From contig NC_068982.1 of the NCBI RefSeq assembly GCF_001194135.2, forward strand, positions 60,013,648 to 60,064,459: 50,812 nucleotides of DNA. The letters run 5' to 3'. The position numbers and the translations under genes are program-made. The notes beneath the pieces are model-generated. The model did no database searches and was not told the DNA's origin. It worked only from the letters and a program-made list of their open reading frames with translations. Source of the stretch: Octopus bimaculoides. Lineage: Eukaryota. This document shows positions 48,741-50,812 of the stretch, piece by piece. Every line of letters begins with the position of its first letter. Within the stretch, counting starts at the first letter, position 1.

Positions 48741-50723
48741 GTGGCAACTGAAGGAACTAAAACCTAAACATACCCATGCCACTATCTTTGTCACAAACTT
48801 CTATGAATTTCACATTGAAATTATCAAAATCAAATTTCAAATAACCATTGTAAGGAGTCTCAAGAAAAGGTTCAAATTACAGTATTTTGTCACTATGACA
48901 TTTTCTCTAAGAAGAATTATCAGATTCGATCAAATATTTGATTGGTTTGCTCATAAATGATTGAGAATAAACACAGATCTGTTTTGTTTTCTTTCTTTGC
49001 ATGAAAACAATGTATCAAGAAATTAAAAAAATACAAACAGAAAAAAATATATATATATAATTGAATATAAAATATGAATACATGAAATAACATCTATCCA
49101 GCAGAGAAATATATGAACTACACATATTGTGGTAGATTTTACTAATTAACAACAATGACAGGAAAATAAACACAATAAGGAAAGCAATCTAAGTATGTAG
49201 CAAAAAAAAAGCAATTAAAAAAAAAAAAAAAAGCAAAGTCCACATGACTTTTAGATTGAGTCAATATAGAAAACAATAGCTGCAACGAAAATGCTATAGA
49301 AAAGGCGCTAGCTGTCTGTCCAAGAAAAAAGAGGAGGAAGAACTAAAGGTGGGTGGCAGTAACAAAATGGGACAAAAACCTTATTTCTTCTAATATAAAC
49401 AAATGACAATCACTTTTGATGATAATATTTTGGTTTGCTTTTTATATTTAATCAATGGTTCATTTTTACATTTGTAATTTTCTATGTTTTGGCAGTGTTT
49501 TCCTCAATAAATTTTATCCAATTAGTGTCTAAATAAAACCACAAATTTAAGCAATTATACTATTTATTGTCCTTTAATTAGTCTTTTCCTCCTTTCCTTT
49601 CAATTTGAGTGTAATAAAAATGTCTAACTTTCCATCAACAAATCTCGGACATGTTTTTTTATTTTATATATGTATATATATATACGTGTTGTTTTTATTT
49701 GTTTTTGTTGCTTTCTTCACCTCTCTTGAAGCCTTTGTTTCTACATTCACCCTTCCCTCTACAACTGCTTCACAATTCTAAACAACATTTGTTCTTTGGA
49801 AGAAAACGAAAACAAAATTTAAACATAATTTCTTGCTTTTCTTTTTTTTTTTTTATCTTATGTTCATTAGCACATTTCATCAAATTTTCCAATTTCATAT
49901 CTGAAATATGTTGATATCTTATGCAACAATCAATACGACAATGGATTTTTGTAGGTTTTTTTTTTACTAAATTTATTTCCTGCTCATAAGTTGTTTTACC
50001 ATTTTTAATTTAGTTTAAATTGTTTTGTTTTTATTTCATCCCAACATTATATTTCAATATTGTGGATTAGAGTTCATTGTTTGTGTTTCAATGAATACAA
50101 CCCTTTTTTCTTTTCCACAAACAATGACAAATCAATTGAATAAAGTTTGGAAGAGAGTTCTTTTATTTGTCTGTTTGCATTAGTATTCATTGCCCTTTTC
50201 ATTAACTCTGAGTTCTTTTCCATAAATCAACATGGGTTTTATACACTACTTCATATTTATTGTATTTTAACAATGACATGGTGATCATAAGAATGAATTT
50301 TATGACAATGATGTTGATGATGAACCAAATAATCATAATTACGATGTAAATCATTACAATGATAATGATAACAAGAATTGACATGGCTTCAAACAATAAT
50401 TTAAAGAACTAATTATATACTTATGAAATAATGAAACAACTTTAATCTTAAATGCATTCTACATAACTGAAGTTAGATTCTGCAGGCAGAAAACATACTT
50501 TACCATGATAAAAACTGTGATATACATTGGTACCCAATAACCTATAATATAATTCTTTTGTAATCTATTGTAAATTAGAAGGATTAATCATCCTTTAAAA
50601 TTATATCAAAACTGATGCTAGATACCATAAAGGAAGCTATGGCATATCAACTAGCAACTCAGTCTTCAATTTTTTTCAATATGTTTTAAACAATAAGTAG
50701 TCCTTTTCATCTCTCTCTCACTA

Positions 50724-50767
50724 TATGTGTGTGCGTGTGTGTGCATACATATATGTGTGTGTGTGTG

Positions 50768-50812
<45 letters not shown>
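50724..50812. repeat. TG/TA microsatellite
   Basis: Directly visible. Confidence 0.95.

Noticed and set aside
97-50396. Most six-frame track ORFs (YI/HT/CV/SL-rich, poly-X, poly-P)
   Set aside because: Translations of microsatellites, SINE bodies or N gaps; no domain or splice support.

Overview
AT-rich, microsatellite-dense animal genomic DNA from a gapped draft assembly (N-runs at 475-516, 12627-12636, 14941-14961, 18801-18986, 29402-29411, 33004-33262, 42948-43202, ~48553-48650). The SINE families resemble those I recall from Octopus, so a coleoid cephalopod source is likely (inference). I can support no host protein-coding gene, rRNA, true tRNA or CRISPR array; the window reads as a large intron or intergenic region. 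Nearly all track ORFs are microsatellite or gap artefacts. The protein-like pieces are decayed non-LTR retrotransposons: two R4/Dong-type restriction-like endonuclease fragments, several RTE fragments (one with C-terminal C2H2-like fingers), an Ingi/Vingi-like fragment and a split CR1-group LINE. There are also about 20 copies of at least three tRNA-derived SINE families, hAT-, piggyBac- and mariner-type MITEs, and a Helitron-like array. The most interesting signals are two unrelated minimal type-I hammerhead ribozyme motifs (9248-9287 +, 17464-17529 -), a pre-miRNA-like hairpin (34241-34299), and several nested insertions whose order can be read from target-site duplications. Family names come from recalled motifs, not database searches.
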